51,643 bases of DNA from Escherichia phage egaa, in the sequence record NC_049852.1; one strand, 5' to 3'. Within the stretch, counting starts at the first letter, position 1; the number at the start of each line of letters is the position of its first letter. The notes beneath the pieces are model-generated. The model was not told where the DNA came from. It worked only from the letters and a program-made list of their open reading frames with translations, and did not search any database. Of this stretch, positions 7,324-15,656 are shown piece by piece. The translations under genes and the position numbers were made by a program.

Positions 7324-7356
7324 TGTTTCATCGGAACGAATATGAGGATTTTAAAA

Positions 7357-7578
7357 ATGGCTATCAAAGTAACAAAGAAAGAGACAAAAATCATCAATGT
7401 AACTTTTGATGTTTTCAACGACAAAGGAACTGCGACAAGAGAAGATGGCAGCACGTTTGAAATAAATCGTTACGAATACAATGAAATGTTATGGGATATA
7501 AAGAAGAAAGGTGCTTACATTCTTGTCGAGAATGATTATAGCGGAAACAGCTTTCAAGATTTGATGGATGCACTATAA
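7357..7578 (+). CDS. hypothetical early protein (73 aa)
   Basis: In-frame ATG (codon 6 of track ORF 7342-7578) with RBS GAGGAttttaaaaATG. Confidence 0.6.
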   Translation: MAIKVTKKETKIINVTFDVFNDKGTATREDGSTFEINRYEYNEMLWDIKKKGAYILVENDYSGNSFQDLMDAL

Positions 7579-7581
7579 AAC

Positions 7582-7608
7582 AAAGGAGGCGTTAAGCCTC
7601 CTTTTTGT
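7582..7608. terminator. bidirectional intrinsic terminator between convergent genes
   Basis: aaaggaggc-gttaa-gcctccttt followed by tttgttg (plus) and tttgtttt (minus); spanin stop codon lies in the loop. Confidence 0.65.
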
Positions 7609-7990
7609 TGCCTTTGCGGTAGGAAAAGTAAAGCATTGACAAAAGACCGCTAAAAATTGCAGCGCAATAGATTATGGGATCGTACCACTTCCTTTGCTCA
7701 CCCTGCACAACCTGGATTTTATCAGCCTTGATGGTATTGGCCTGAATGGTTGACGTAGTGAAATCCTTCTTGCTGGAAGTGTCCACCTTATCAACCGCAG
7801 ATTCCTTTATTGTAGTTTCCTGTTTTGTGCTGGTGTCCTGCTTTGCGGTAACGCCAACGGTCTGCTTTACGTTCTCCGCTCCTGCCTGTGCTGTGATTTC
7901 CGGCTTACTACCGATTAATCCGGTCAGTGGCGTAACGCTTGAACATCCAGACAAAATAACAGCGATAGCGATTATTGATAACTTTCGCAT
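7592..7990 (-). CDS. unimolecular spanin (u-spanin; outer-membrane lipoprotein with C-terminal transmembrane domain)
   Basis: N-terminal lipobox ...AVILSGCSS, Thr/Lys-rich periplasmic linker, C-terminal hydrophobic helix YCAAIFSGLLSMLYF; directly downstream of endolysin as in phage T1 gp11. Confidence 0.7.
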   Translation of the reverse strand: MRKLSIIAIAVILSGCSSVTPLTGLIGSKPEITAQAGAENVKQTVGVTAKQDTSTKQETTIKESAVDKVDTSSKKDFTTSTIQANTIKADKIQVVQGEQRKWYDPIIYCAAIFSGLLSMLYFSYRKGNKKEA

Positions 7991-7992
7991 AA

Positions 7993-8481
7993 TTACAGAT
8001 CCTTAATGCAATATTTAAATTCCACCGCGCGGCGGTTGCGCAGTCCTTTAGACGTTTCTTTCTTTCCTGTTTTTGGATTGGTGTATTTTGTCCATCTCCA
8101 TAACTGATCGCACGCTTCCATATAACGACCGTTATTAATCAGCTTAAGCATGGTTGAATTTCTAAAAGCTCCAGTTCCAGCATTGTATGTGAATGAATAC
8201 ATTGCTGCGCGCATTGTATCAGGAATGTCAACCTTTACACGCTTATCAACTTCATCCTTTGCGATTTTGATATGCTTCGCCAGTAGTGCATCGCACTCTC
8301 TTTGTGTGTACGTTTTGCCTTGTATTACGTCAGGGCCAGTTATTCCGGCGCAAACCGTCCATACCCCAGCAATATCTTTGTACGGCTTATGTTTTACTCC
8401 TTCTATTTCCTCCAGTAGCGGAGAAGTAAGGGCAAGAGCAACGCCAAAAGCCGCAGCGGTCACTCTTTGTTTTATACTCAT
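7993..8481 (-). CDS. endolysin, T4-lysozyme-like (GH24), probable SAR (signal-anchor-release) type
   Basis: Catalytic E-x8-D-x5-T triad ([16 protein letters not shown]); weakly hydrophobic Ala/Gly-rich N-terminus [18 protein letters not shown]. Confidence 0.8.
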   Translation of the reverse strand: MSIKQRVTAAAFGVALALTSPLLEEIEGVKHKPYKDIAGVWTVCAGITGPDVIQGKTYTQRECDALLAKHIKIAKDEVDKRVKVDIPDTMRAAMYSFTYNAGTGAFRNSTMLKLINNGRYMEACDQLWRWTKYTNPKTGKKETSKGLRNRRAVEFKYCIKDL

Positions 8482-8696
8482 TATTTACCTCTGATCTCAA
8501 TAGCTTTCTTAATATCACCGCATTCAAGCGCGTCACGTAGCGCCTTACTATCACGCCAGCGAAGATAAGCGCCCCACATACCAAATGCAGCCATCAAAAC
8601 GAAGCTGGCTATTGCAATAGTTGTTTGACCAGTTACCGCGCCAGTTATTGACGCGCCGCCAGTGCCGGAAGTTGCAGCGTTTAAAAAATCTTTCAT
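8481..8696 (-). CDS. holin (possibly pinholin)
   Basis: 71 aa, hydrophobic core [29 protein letters not shown], charged C-terminus; immediately upstream of endolysin; RBS cAGGAGatctaATG. Confidence 0.65.
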   Translation of the reverse strand: MKDFLNAATSGTGGASITGAVTGQTTIAIASFVLMAAFGMWGAYLRWRDSKALRDALECGDIKKAIEIRGK

Positions 8697-8769
8697 GATT
8701 AGATCTCCTGTAAATAAAAGTCAACAATTAATTGATTGTATCCTAACCATTGAACGCACAAAAAGGAAT

Positions 8770-8810
8770 AAAAAAAGGGCAAAGCAAAATGCCTCGCCCA
8801 ATTAAATTGA
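8770..8810 (-). terminator. possible terminator/attenuator upstream of lysis cassette
   Basis: minus strand gggcgaggc...gctttgccc imperfect hairpin followed by TTTTTTT; approximate. Confidence 0.35.
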
Positions 8811-8827
8811 TGATTTATATTGATATT

Positions 8828-9958
8828 TTAATAATTAAAAGTTCGATCTGCCATTTCTGGATAATGCATAAATCGCCCGACCTCGCCGTATTCTTTATCG
8901 TAAACAATAACAGCCGCACGGCGACGAGAACGCCATCCACCGCGCGCAGCATATGCATCTTTTGCCGCCATAGTGCTATGCACTTCAACAATGCCCAGGC
9001 TTGTTTCAGTTACTGTCTGATGATGCCAGTGCCCTACGTGAGCATACATCATTTTTGAATTGCCGAAATCTTCGCGCCAGTCTGCCGCGCACATCATGAG
9101 CAATGTTTCAGGTTTGCGGATAGTATGCCCGTGATGGTATGCCAGGAACGTTTTGCCATATTGTGTGTGATGAACTACTCGCGGAGACACATCAACATGC
9201 ACTCGCGGCTCATTCTCATATGCTGCCGCCATTGCTGCGCGCAACCAGATCATGCCGCTTTGGTCGTGGTTGCCTTCAATGATCTGAATCTCGACGTTTT
9301 TGTGTTTTGATAACAGCTTTGTGATTGCTCTACGCACTGACCGGATGGCAACATAAACAAGTTTTGCATATCGACTATCTTGGTCTAATACGTGACCGCT
9401 TGCAGGCGTTACCGCTTCCAGTCCGTCGCTGTGAAGCATATCACCACCAATCAGCAAAACAGCCTTCTCACTATCCGGCGCGCACTGGATGGAATAATCA
9501 ATGAAATTATTCATTACGCGCTCTGCTGTTGCTGTATCCCAATTCTCGCCGCATTCATGCTTATGCGCCATTGCGCCCAGGTGCATATCAAAGATCGGAT
9601 ACAGTGATAACGTCTCGCTATAATCCTTTTGTGATTCTGGTTGCGGATCAAGTCGCGGAACTTCTTCGCTAAATGCATCCATAGCGGCCTGCATTAATGC
9701 TTCTAACTGTTCGCGGTCCTTGCTTGTCTTAATCCATGTCATAACCACATTGCCATCTTGATCAATTAGCTTTGATTCTCCAGTAACACCAAAACCAGGT
9801 GATCCGATGGTTGTAACTTTACCTTGCTTTGCTAATCGTGCCGCGCGGCGCTCAATGCTGCGAACGTTCATACCATACTCATTAGCGATCTGCTTATATG
9901 TCTTTCCCTGCTTGCGCTCATTGATAAATTGTTCATCTGTGATTTTGATTTGATTCAT
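8828..9958 (-). CDS. HTH domain - calcineurin-like metallophosphoesterase fusion protein
   Basis: N-terminal helix-turn-helix (KTYKQIANEYGMNVRSIERRAARL); phosphoesterase motifs FDMHLG (DxH), GGDMLHSDG (GDxxH), GNHD; ATG at 9958 with AAGGAG upstream (track start is TTG at 9961). Confidence 0.6.
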   Translation of the reverse strand: MNQIKITDEQFINERKQGKTYKQIANEYGMNVRSIERRAARLAKQGKVTTIGSPGFGVTGESKLIDQDGNVVMTWIKTSKDREQLEALMQAAMDAFSEEVPRLDPQPESQKDYSETLSLYPIFDMHLGAMAHKHECGENWDTATAERVMNNFIDYSIQCAPDSEKAVLLIGGDMLHSDGLEAVTPASGHVLDQDSRYAKLVYVAIRSVRRAITKLLSKHKNVEIQIIEGNHDQSGMIWLRAAMAAAYENEPRVHVDVSPRVVHHTQYGKTFLAYHHGHTIRKPETLLMMCAADWREDFGNSKMMYAHVGHWHHQTVTETSLGIVEVHSTMAAKDAYAARGGWRSRRRAAVIVYDKEYGEVGRFMHYPEMADRTFNY

Positions 9959-10057
9959 CAAAAAATTCTCCTTATCTCATTATGACAACGTATACAATAG
10001 AGATCGCCATCATAACAGGTAATGGCAAAAGTAACAAACGCCACATGATAATAATCC

Positions 10058-10300
10058 TCATTTGTAGTATTTGCGCGGCTCGCGAATTTTCGCCATAGCC
10101 TCTTTGACATCAATTTTTGTTGGTATTGCTGGTACGCGATGCATCTTGCGCGGGCGTTCATTGAGAAATGTCATTTTGTCGCCGCTGATAATGCTTATGT
10201 CAGCAATATCAAAATATTTCGCTATCCTGGATATGTCTTCTGCGATCCCGCATTCCTTTGCGTGATCCCATACAGCCTGCCTACCTTGTTCAACCTTCAT
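10058..10300 (-). CDS. hypothetical protein (80 aa)
   Basis: In-frame ATG (codon 8 of track ORF 10058-10321, whose start is TTG); GGAGG 14 nt upstream; overlaps stop of upstream small ORF. Confidence 0.55.
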   Translation of the reverse strand: MKVEQGRQAVWDHAKECGIAEDISRIAKYFDIADISIISGDKMTFLNERPRKMHRVPAIPTKIDVKEAMAKIREPRKYYK

Positions 10301-10469
10301 GCTTATAATATGCCTCCGCAAATGCTAATGGGTAGTGACCATATGCTACGCGAAGTAGAATCATTGCAGCACCCCAATCAAGATGCATATTGTTTTTCGT
10401 TCCGCCTTTTACCGCCTCGCGTGCGGTTTGTTGTGCCTGATCAAATGCTTTTTTGCTGTATACTACCAT
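10290..10469 (-). CDS. small hypothetical protein (59 aa), not in ORF track
   Basis: ATG 10469 with RBS GAGGAaataaaaATG, 58 nt downstream of promoter element; MVVYSKKAFDQAQQTAREAVKGG... Confidence 0.5.
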   Translation of the reverse strand: MVVYSKKAFDQAQQTAREAVKGGTKNNMHLDWGAAMILLRVAYGHYPLAFAEAYYKHEG

Positions 10470-10500
10470 TTTTATTTCCTCATGTTCGTTTCGATAAAAT

Positions 10501-10546
10501 AATTATGCCCGACACAAGGCCGGGCGTTTTAACAAAAAGTGCTATT
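10501..10546 (-). promoter_or_regulatory. conserved 20-bp element (minus orientation) + 23-nt spacer + ATAATT
   Basis: rc of 10527-10546 = aatagcactttttgttaaaa; contains TAG stop of 10542-10781; hairpin gcccggc-cttgtgt-cgggc in spacer; leader CGAAACGAA...GAGGA. Confidence 0.6.
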
Positions 10547-10781
10547 TTGACGCGGATTCGTAAAACTCTTGCAAGTCTTTACCGATCTGCTCATGCCATT
10601 TTTCAAGCGGTAGTTTTCTTGTTTCCTCAAAGCTCATGTCAAGCGCGCTTGTAAACTCCCACGGATCGCAACCTAATAGCGGTTTTATGAACTCGTTTTT
10701 ATCAAGCGCCTCGCAAACCATAGCGCGAAATAACAACCACTCTCCAGTTTCATTTAAATAAACGCTTCTTTCTTTCTGCAT
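10542..10781 (-). CDS. hypothetical protein (79 aa)
   Basis: In-frame ATG (codon 117 of track ORF 10542-11129) with RBS AAGCGGAGttaatatcATG; longer track ORF overlaps dam. Confidence 0.55.
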   Translation of the reverse strand: MQKERSVYLNETGEWLLFRAMVCEALDKNEFIKPLLGCDPWEFTSALDMSFEETRKLPLEKWHEQIGKDLQEFYESASK

Positions 10782-10785
10782 GATA

Positions 10786-11487
10786 TTAACTCCGCTTTCT
10801 TGCTCGACGCTCTGCCACCGAAGGGCAAATGTCGCTGATTTTAACGTATCGCGTTTTCTGCTGCTCACCTTCTTTAAGTTCTCGCATGATGAAAATAACG
10901 CTGCCTTTGTTGTTGCCCTGCACTGGTTTACCTGTAAGCGCGGAAGTAAACGCCAGGCGTCCGGTGCGGGAATATTCTGTTCCGTCCTCCTGGTAAACTT
11001 CTCCAGTGATCCAGATGATTTCCGCTGCGCGCTGTTGCGCTTCATAAAACCATCCTGTTGATGTGTCGCAAGGTAACAGTATGTCGATCTGGTTGTTGTG
11101 CTCCATTTGCTCAATCGCCTTCTTAACAAATGGAGTAATATTGCTGTACGGTGGATTAAGCCAGATATGCTTATTACTACCCCACCAACGCTTTAAGCAA
11201 TTTGTTTCCTTGCTGTAGAATTTTTCACATACAGCATTTTCTTTGCTCGCCGCCGCGTCGATGTCATAATCACCGTATTCGCTTTCCATCCATTCGACAA
11301 GCTCAGACGGAGTAGACCACAAATCGCGCACAATGTCCGGCGTATTGCTGCCGTTATAGCGGTTGCCAGTCACTTTGAAATATTGATTTGGTTTAACAGC
11401 CTGGTAATGACCACCAGTAGCAAGAGCATTGCCAATGAATGTTTCGCGTTCTATTTGTTCAAATGTCACTTCGGTTTCTTTGCTCAT
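10786..11487 (-). CDS. dam: DNA N6-adenine methyltransferase (phage Dam-like)
   Basis: NPPY catalytic motif (WLNPPYSNITPF) of amino-MTases; position next to nuclease/helicase as in T1-like phages. Confidence 0.8.
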   Translation of the reverse strand: MSKETEVTFEQIERETFIGNALATGGHYQAVKPNQYFKVTGNRYNGSNTPDIVRDLWSTPSELVEWMESEYGDYDIDAAASKENAVCEKFYSKETNCLKRWWGSNKHIWLNPPYSNITPFVKKAIEQMEHNNQIDILLPCDTSTGWFYEAQQRAAEIIWITGEVYQEDGTEYSRTGRLAFTSALTGKPVQGNNKGSVIFIMRELKEGEQQKTRYVKISDICPSVAERRARKRS

Positions 11488-11520
11488 TTCTTAATTACCT
11501 GTTGCTTGTTGAACTGGTGT

Positions 11521-11566
11521 TATTATGGCGCAATCCTTCGCGCCTGTTTTAACAAAAAGTGCTATT
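11521..11566 (-). promoter_or_regulatory. conserved 20-bp element (minus) + 23-nt spacer + ATAATA
   Basis: rc of 11547-11566 exact 20-mer incl. TAG stop of VRR-NUC gene; hairpin ggcgc-gaaggatt-gcgcc; ATG of dam 60 nt downstream. Confidence 0.6.
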
Positions 11567-11981
11567 TCATCATGTATTCTACAGCGATCATGAATTGCTT
11601 ATATCCGTATGTTACTGCGGCGAATCCGCCAAGCTCACGCACACGGCGTAAGAAGGCTTTTTGCTCCTTGCTGACTGGTGAAGCCTTACCCTTGCCAGAC
11701 TTATTGACGCGCTTCATCTCAATAGCTGCGAAAGGGTAGCGGCCTTTTAATCCAATCAGGATGATAAAATCACTTACTCCCTTAACGAGTCCGGCTTGCT
11801 GATCCATCATTGCGGTGGCGATCCCCTTGTCGCCCTCGTTTTTCGTATGCCATGCCAGCAATTCAGGATGAGCATAAGTTAACCATTGAAACCCCCCGAT
11901 CTGGTGCGATTCCTCTTTCAGCGTATCTGTCGGATCTCTTTCGTAAAACTCCAGATAATCGCCTTTATCAGTCATTGCCAT
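11562..11981 (-). CDS. VRR-NUC domain nuclease (PD-(D/E)XK fold)
   Basis: SDFIILIG ... AAIEMKR (D ... E-x-K) motif arrangement; adjacent to helicase. Confidence 0.6.
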   Translation of the reverse strand: MAMTDKGDYLEFYERDPTDTLKEESHQIGGFQWLTYAHPELLAWHTKNEGDKGIATAMMDQQAGLVKGVSDFIILIGLKGRYPFAAIEMKRVNKSGKGKASPVSKEQKAFLRRVRELGGFAAVTYGYKQFMIAVEYMMK

Positions 11982-14007
11982 AATTAAATTCCTTCTTGTA
12001 CAAATTATCTTCTCCCTTGCTAGTCTTGCGGTGAGTCACGCGCGATGGTGGCATGATGTGATTCACATATTGCATTATTTTTCGTGCATTACGATAGCTC
12101 GCCACCATGCCAGCAACGCGGCGATCTGGTATGTGCTTAAGAGCAACGCCTCGCCATTTTGCGCGGCAAATTTGGCTTTCAGATTCAGGGAAAAATATCT
12201 CTCTCGCCCTAAAAGTGTCTGCGCCATCGTAAAGCTCATAATTAAATATTATCCCTTTCTGGTTTTTCGTCATGTCAACAGAGAAAGATTGCACCTTGAA
12301 CCAGTCGTTTTTTGTGTAGTGCTTTCCGCTCAACTTCTCGTTAGGGTCAATCAATGACATGTCGCAATGTCTGCATACCCTGGCCGCAATATCATTTTTC
12401 GTTCCACAACCGCGCTGAATAATCTTTTTAGTGCGCGGGTCAATCTGATCATCACATGTCCTGAATTTAAAGAACCACTCGCATCTGTTGCCGTTTTCGT
12501 CTACGTGCATACAACGACGAGCATAATAGCTATTAAGAGTTCCGCAAACAGGACAAGGCTTCGGATCTTTACCGTTCCTGAATCGCTTCTGATGTTGCGC
12601 CTGTTCCAGTATCGGATCAAAATAAAGCTCACCTAACTCGTCCATCGTTCCTGAAAAATCCATAACCAGGTGATCATCTTTCTTGAAGCCTTGTTCCTTA
12701 TGCCATTTCTTAAGAAGTCGCATTCCGCGTCCTAAAAGCTGAATCAGCAAAGTTAGCGATCCAATCTTACGCAGAATAACAGACGTATCCCAAAACGGCA
12801 CGTTAACGCCAGTAGTTAGCGCCTGAACCTGGAAGATGTACTTTACCTTCCCTTCGTATGCTTCCCTCAACCACTCCTTGCGCTGGTTGTCGCCAGTCTT
12901 ACCAGTAATGATCCTGTAAGTCGTTCCAGGTGGCAATGCCGCCGCTGCCTCTTTGCAATGCCTTTCTCCTGCACATGTCACAAGTACGCCGTTACGGTTT
13001 TTACAGATCTCGTGAACTTTCGCCATGATGCGCTTTGTCATGGTCGCTTCTTCATGAATTTTTTGTTCCATCCTGCGAAGCGTTTTAGCGTCAAAGTCTG
13101 CGACGCCATCCTCGCTGGATGCCTCAAACTCTGAAAGGTCATACCCTAGATCGCCAACGTCGCCAAAATTTGTTGGCACAACAGAACCGAATTTGATCAG
13201 GTAGTTGGTGTCAATATTAGTAACCTGTTCACGCCAGAATCCTTTCTGTTTTTTGTCTTCTACCAGGATCGGGACTACTCCGCGAAACTCCGAACCAGTC
13301 ATACCAAAGATGCGCAGTTCATGACCATATGCTTTCCTGCAACGTCGCATCATTTCCATGATAATAACAGTGTATTGCGTGCGGCCTGTTCCCTCCATTG
13401 GTAAGCCATCCTCACCAATCATGAACTCTTCGCATTCGTTATCGCTCGTTATGTCATAATATGGATTTGGTACTTTTTCGCCTTTCTTCGTTGTCATTTG
13501 TAAAAATGATTCGTCTTTCTCTATTGCGTCGGCAAGGTCTTCCCAATCCACCTGGTGACATTCATCAATCCCGATAACGTGAGGAACATAGTCGCCAAGC
13601 GCTTTAAACAGTCCATTAACTACAGTTCCCTCAGAACCAACAACGATCGGAAAGTATGCGCTTTTTGTCTTCAGTCCTGCACAATAGATGGAGTTCGGCA
13701 CACCAAGATTTGTTATCTCTTCAGAATCCTGATCCACAATCTCAGCCTGGCGAGCAAGGACCATCATTTTCAAGCCCATTTTACGGCACTGGTGAGCAAC
13801 CATTGCAAACATCAATGTTTTGCCAGCCGATACGGACGCTTTAACAAAGAATGGGTGCTCATAATTTTTCATACGCTTTGCGATCTCAGCGTATGCAACG
13901 CACTGGTAAGGGTAAGGCACAATCTCGCCAACAGTGAATCGCTCCTGAATGGATTTAATTACCGCTTCACCAAGTGCTGATATTTGTTTTTCAATGTTTG
14001 GAATCAT
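11968..14007 (-). CDS. SF2 DEAD/DExH-box helicase with C-terminal zinc ribbon
   Basis: Walker A SVSAGKTLM, DECH box (GIDECHQV), C-terminal CPVCG...CRHCD; start moved to in-frame ATG 14007 (codon 23; aaAGGttttagaATG) because track start is TTG inside the promoter element. Confidence 0.8.
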   Translation of the reverse strand: MIPNIEKQISALGEAVIKSIQERFTVGEIVPYPYQCVAYAEIAKRMKNYEHPFFVKASVSAGKTLMFAMVAHQCRKMGLKMMVLARQAEIVDQDSEEITNLGVPNSIYCAGLKTKSAYFPIVVGSEGTVVNGLFKALGDYVPHVIGIDECHQVDWEDLADAIEKDESFLQMTTKKGEKVPNPYYDITSDNECEEFMIGEDGLPMEGTGRTQYTVIIMEMMRRCRKAYGHELRIFGMTGSEFRGVVPILVEDKKQKGFWREQVTNIDTNYLIKFGSVVPTNFGDVGDLGYDLSEFEASSEDGVADFDAKTLRRMEQKIHEEATMTKRIMAKVHEICKNRNGVLVTCAGERHCKEAAAALPPGTTYRIITGKTGDNQRKEWLREAYEGKVKYIFQVQALTTGVNVPFWDTSVILRKIGSLTLLIQLLGRGMRLLKKWHKEQGFKKDDHLVMDFSGTMDELGELYFDPILEQAQHQKRFRNGKDPKPCPVCGTLNSYYARRCMHVDENGNRCEWFFKFRTCDDQIDPRTKKIIQRGCGTKNDIAARVCRHCDMSLIDPNEKLSGKHYTKNDWFKVQSFSVDMTKNQKGIIFNYELYDGADTFRAREIFFPESESQICRAKWRGVALKHIPDRRVAGMVASYRNARKIMQYVNHIMPPSRVTHRKTSKGEDNLYKKEFNYGND

Positions 14008-14040
14008 TCTAAAACCTTTGAGTAATGCCATTTGGCGTGT

Positions 14041-14084
14041 ATAATACACAATCATTAAATCATCGTTTAACAAAAAATGCTATT
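14041..14084 (-). promoter_or_regulatory. element variant (minus) AATAGCATTTTTTGTTAAA + 21-nt spacer + TATTAT; overlaps a plus-strand TATAAT
   Basis: rc of 14066-14084; minus -10 TATTAT = rc of 14041-14046, plus TATAAT at 14039-14044: back-to-back divergent promoters for helicase and 14097 gene. Confidence 0.5.
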
Positions 14085-14096
14085 GGAGAATGAATA

Positions 14097-14570
14097 ATGA
14101 AAGAGCAACGAATCGCAGTATCAACAGGCAAGATTGACAAGCGCACAATTAATGGCAATAACGGAACAAGACGAGGCAAGGATAAGAAGAAGCGCAAGCG
14201 ACCGACAGGTTATTATGTTCTAAAAGATGAGGTGCGTGCCGGGCTAAAAGCGCGACTTGATATCCTTATTGAGTATTACGGAAGTGTATCAGCAATGGCA
14301 AAACGTCTTAACGTTAGCCAGCAAACTGTAAATCAGTGGCGCGTTCGCGGTATGATTTCAGCCGCTGGCGCTCAAAAGGTGCATAACGATTACAAAAAAT
14401 ATGGCTGCCAAGGCTATCGCGCGTCATTCTGCCGTCCAGATCTGCGATTTGATTCCAATGGTAAACCTCTCACAAAGAGATGTGATAAGCGTGAAATGTT
14501 GCGAGTGGTAAGAATGTCAGATTATGAACCTGGCGGATTCCTGTATAAACCTGAAAGCACTAATTGCTAA
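14097..14570 (+). CDS. HTH DNA-binding protein (XRE/Cro-like helix-turn-helix)
   Basis: SVSAMAKRLNVSQQTVNQWRVRGMIS helix-turn-helix; basic N-terminus; RBS GGAGaatgaataATG. Confidence 0.6.
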   Translation: MKEQRIAVSTGKIDKRTINGNNGTRRGKDKKKRKRPTGYYVLKDEVRAGLKARLDILIEYYGSVSAMAKRLNVSQQTVNQWRVRGMISAAGAQKVHNDYKKYGCQGYRASFCRPDLRFDSNGKPLTKRCDKREMLRVVRMSDYEPGGFLYKPESTNC

Positions 14571-14624
14571 AAACAATGCCTGGCATGATGTTATCATCTG
14601 TCAGGCTTTTTGTTTGAGGTGTAT

Positions 14625-15557
14625 ATGAATAACGAAAACTTTATGGTTTATCAAAAGGAAGATGTTCTCCCATATATGCAAGGATTGTGGCGTGAGGCGC
14701 TACAAAGTATTTGCGGTCTTCCAAATGAAGTTTTTAACGGCAAGCATCAATCTTGCCCCCACTGCGGCGGAAAGGATCGCTTCAGATGGACGGATAAACT
14801 TGGCGATAAAAAAGGCGATGGCGGTGCGATCTGCAACGTGTGCGGTAATGATACCGGAATTGGTTGGATCATGAAGCTAACCGGAGAACCTTACAGCGAA
14901 GTGATCAATATTTTGGGCCGTTTTCTTGGAAAAGTTCCGCAGGACTATAGAATAAAGGCAAATAAGCGAGTATCTCGTGATTCTGGTTATTCGTTTGGGA
15001 AACAGGCAAGCCATGAATGCTGCGAGCGCGTTATGTCAAAAACACTAAAATTTGATCGCACGCCGTTAAGCACATATGAAGGAATATACCCGCCTGAAGA
15101 TGGTCATTATGATTGCGGCGTAAAAGATGGTCGATACATTCACGCGTTACCATGTTACCTTGTGCATTCAGATGATATTGATGATGAAATGTGCAATGTG
15201 CTTTTCATTGATGAAGAAGGTAAACAGTCTTTTCTAGCAAAGGACTACACGCGCGGGTCGATTGTGAGAACAGGAAGCACAGATAAGACGATCTATCTTT
15301 GCGTTGACTGGATTGATGCGCAACATATTCACCTTGCAACTGGACAAGAGGTTTGGGCCTGTTTTGATGCAACTAACATTGAGATTGTGGCTTACAGGTA
15401 TAAAGGCAACAGAAGAATGCGAGTTGTCTGTAAGAGCACAGATCGTGACGCTATCATAGCTGCCGAGGAAAGAGGTCTTGAAATTATGATTCCGATTAAT
15501 GATAATTACAGGAAAGGGATAGAGAGGAAGGTTTACAAACCTGAATCTCTTCTCTAA
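14625..15557 (+). CDS. DNA primase (T7 gp4-like zinc ribbon)
   Basis: CPHCGGKDRFRW...CNVCGND zinc ribbon typical of phage primase N-termini; in-frame ATG at codon 6 with GAGGTG upstream (track start TTG). Confidence 0.7.
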   Translation: MNNENFMVYQKEDVLPYMQGLWREALQSICGLPNEVFNGKHQSCPHCGGKDRFRWTDKLGDKKGDGGAICNVCGNDTGIGWIMKLTGEPYSEVINILGRFLGKVPQDYRIKANKRVSRDSGYSFGKQASHECCERVMSKTLKFDRTPLSTYEGIYPPEDGHYDCGVKDGRYIHALPCYLVHSDDIDDEMCNVLFIDEEGKQSFLAKDYTRGSIVRTGSTDKTIYLCVDWIDAQHIHLATGQEVWACFDATNIEIVAYRYKGNRRMRVVCKSTDRDAIIAAEERGLEIMIPINDNYRKGIERKVYKPESLL

Positions 15558-15575
15558 ATGTCACTGCTACTTTTA

Positions 15576-15599
15576 CCCCGCATTGCGGGGTTTTTTTTT
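15576..15599 (+). terminator. intrinsic terminator after primase
   Basis: ccccgc-att-gcgggg followed by T9. Confidence 0.8.
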
Positions 15600-15656
15600 G
15601 CCTTAGCAAATGCTATTATCTGCATTGACATTAACATGCAACATGGGAGAAAACGC

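Noticed and set aside
8750-9607. Plus-strand ORFs 8750-9058, 9125-9310, 9392-9607
   Set aside because: Antisense to the well-supported phosphoesterase gene 8828-9958; no RBS
9958-10161. Track ORF 9958-10161 (-), 67 aa
   Set aside because: No Shine-Dalgarno sequence; overlaps 10058-10300 by about 100 nt in another frame
10139-10654. Track ORF 10139-10654 (+), 171 aa
   Set aside because: Antisense across three minus-strand genes and a minus-strand promoter element; no RBS
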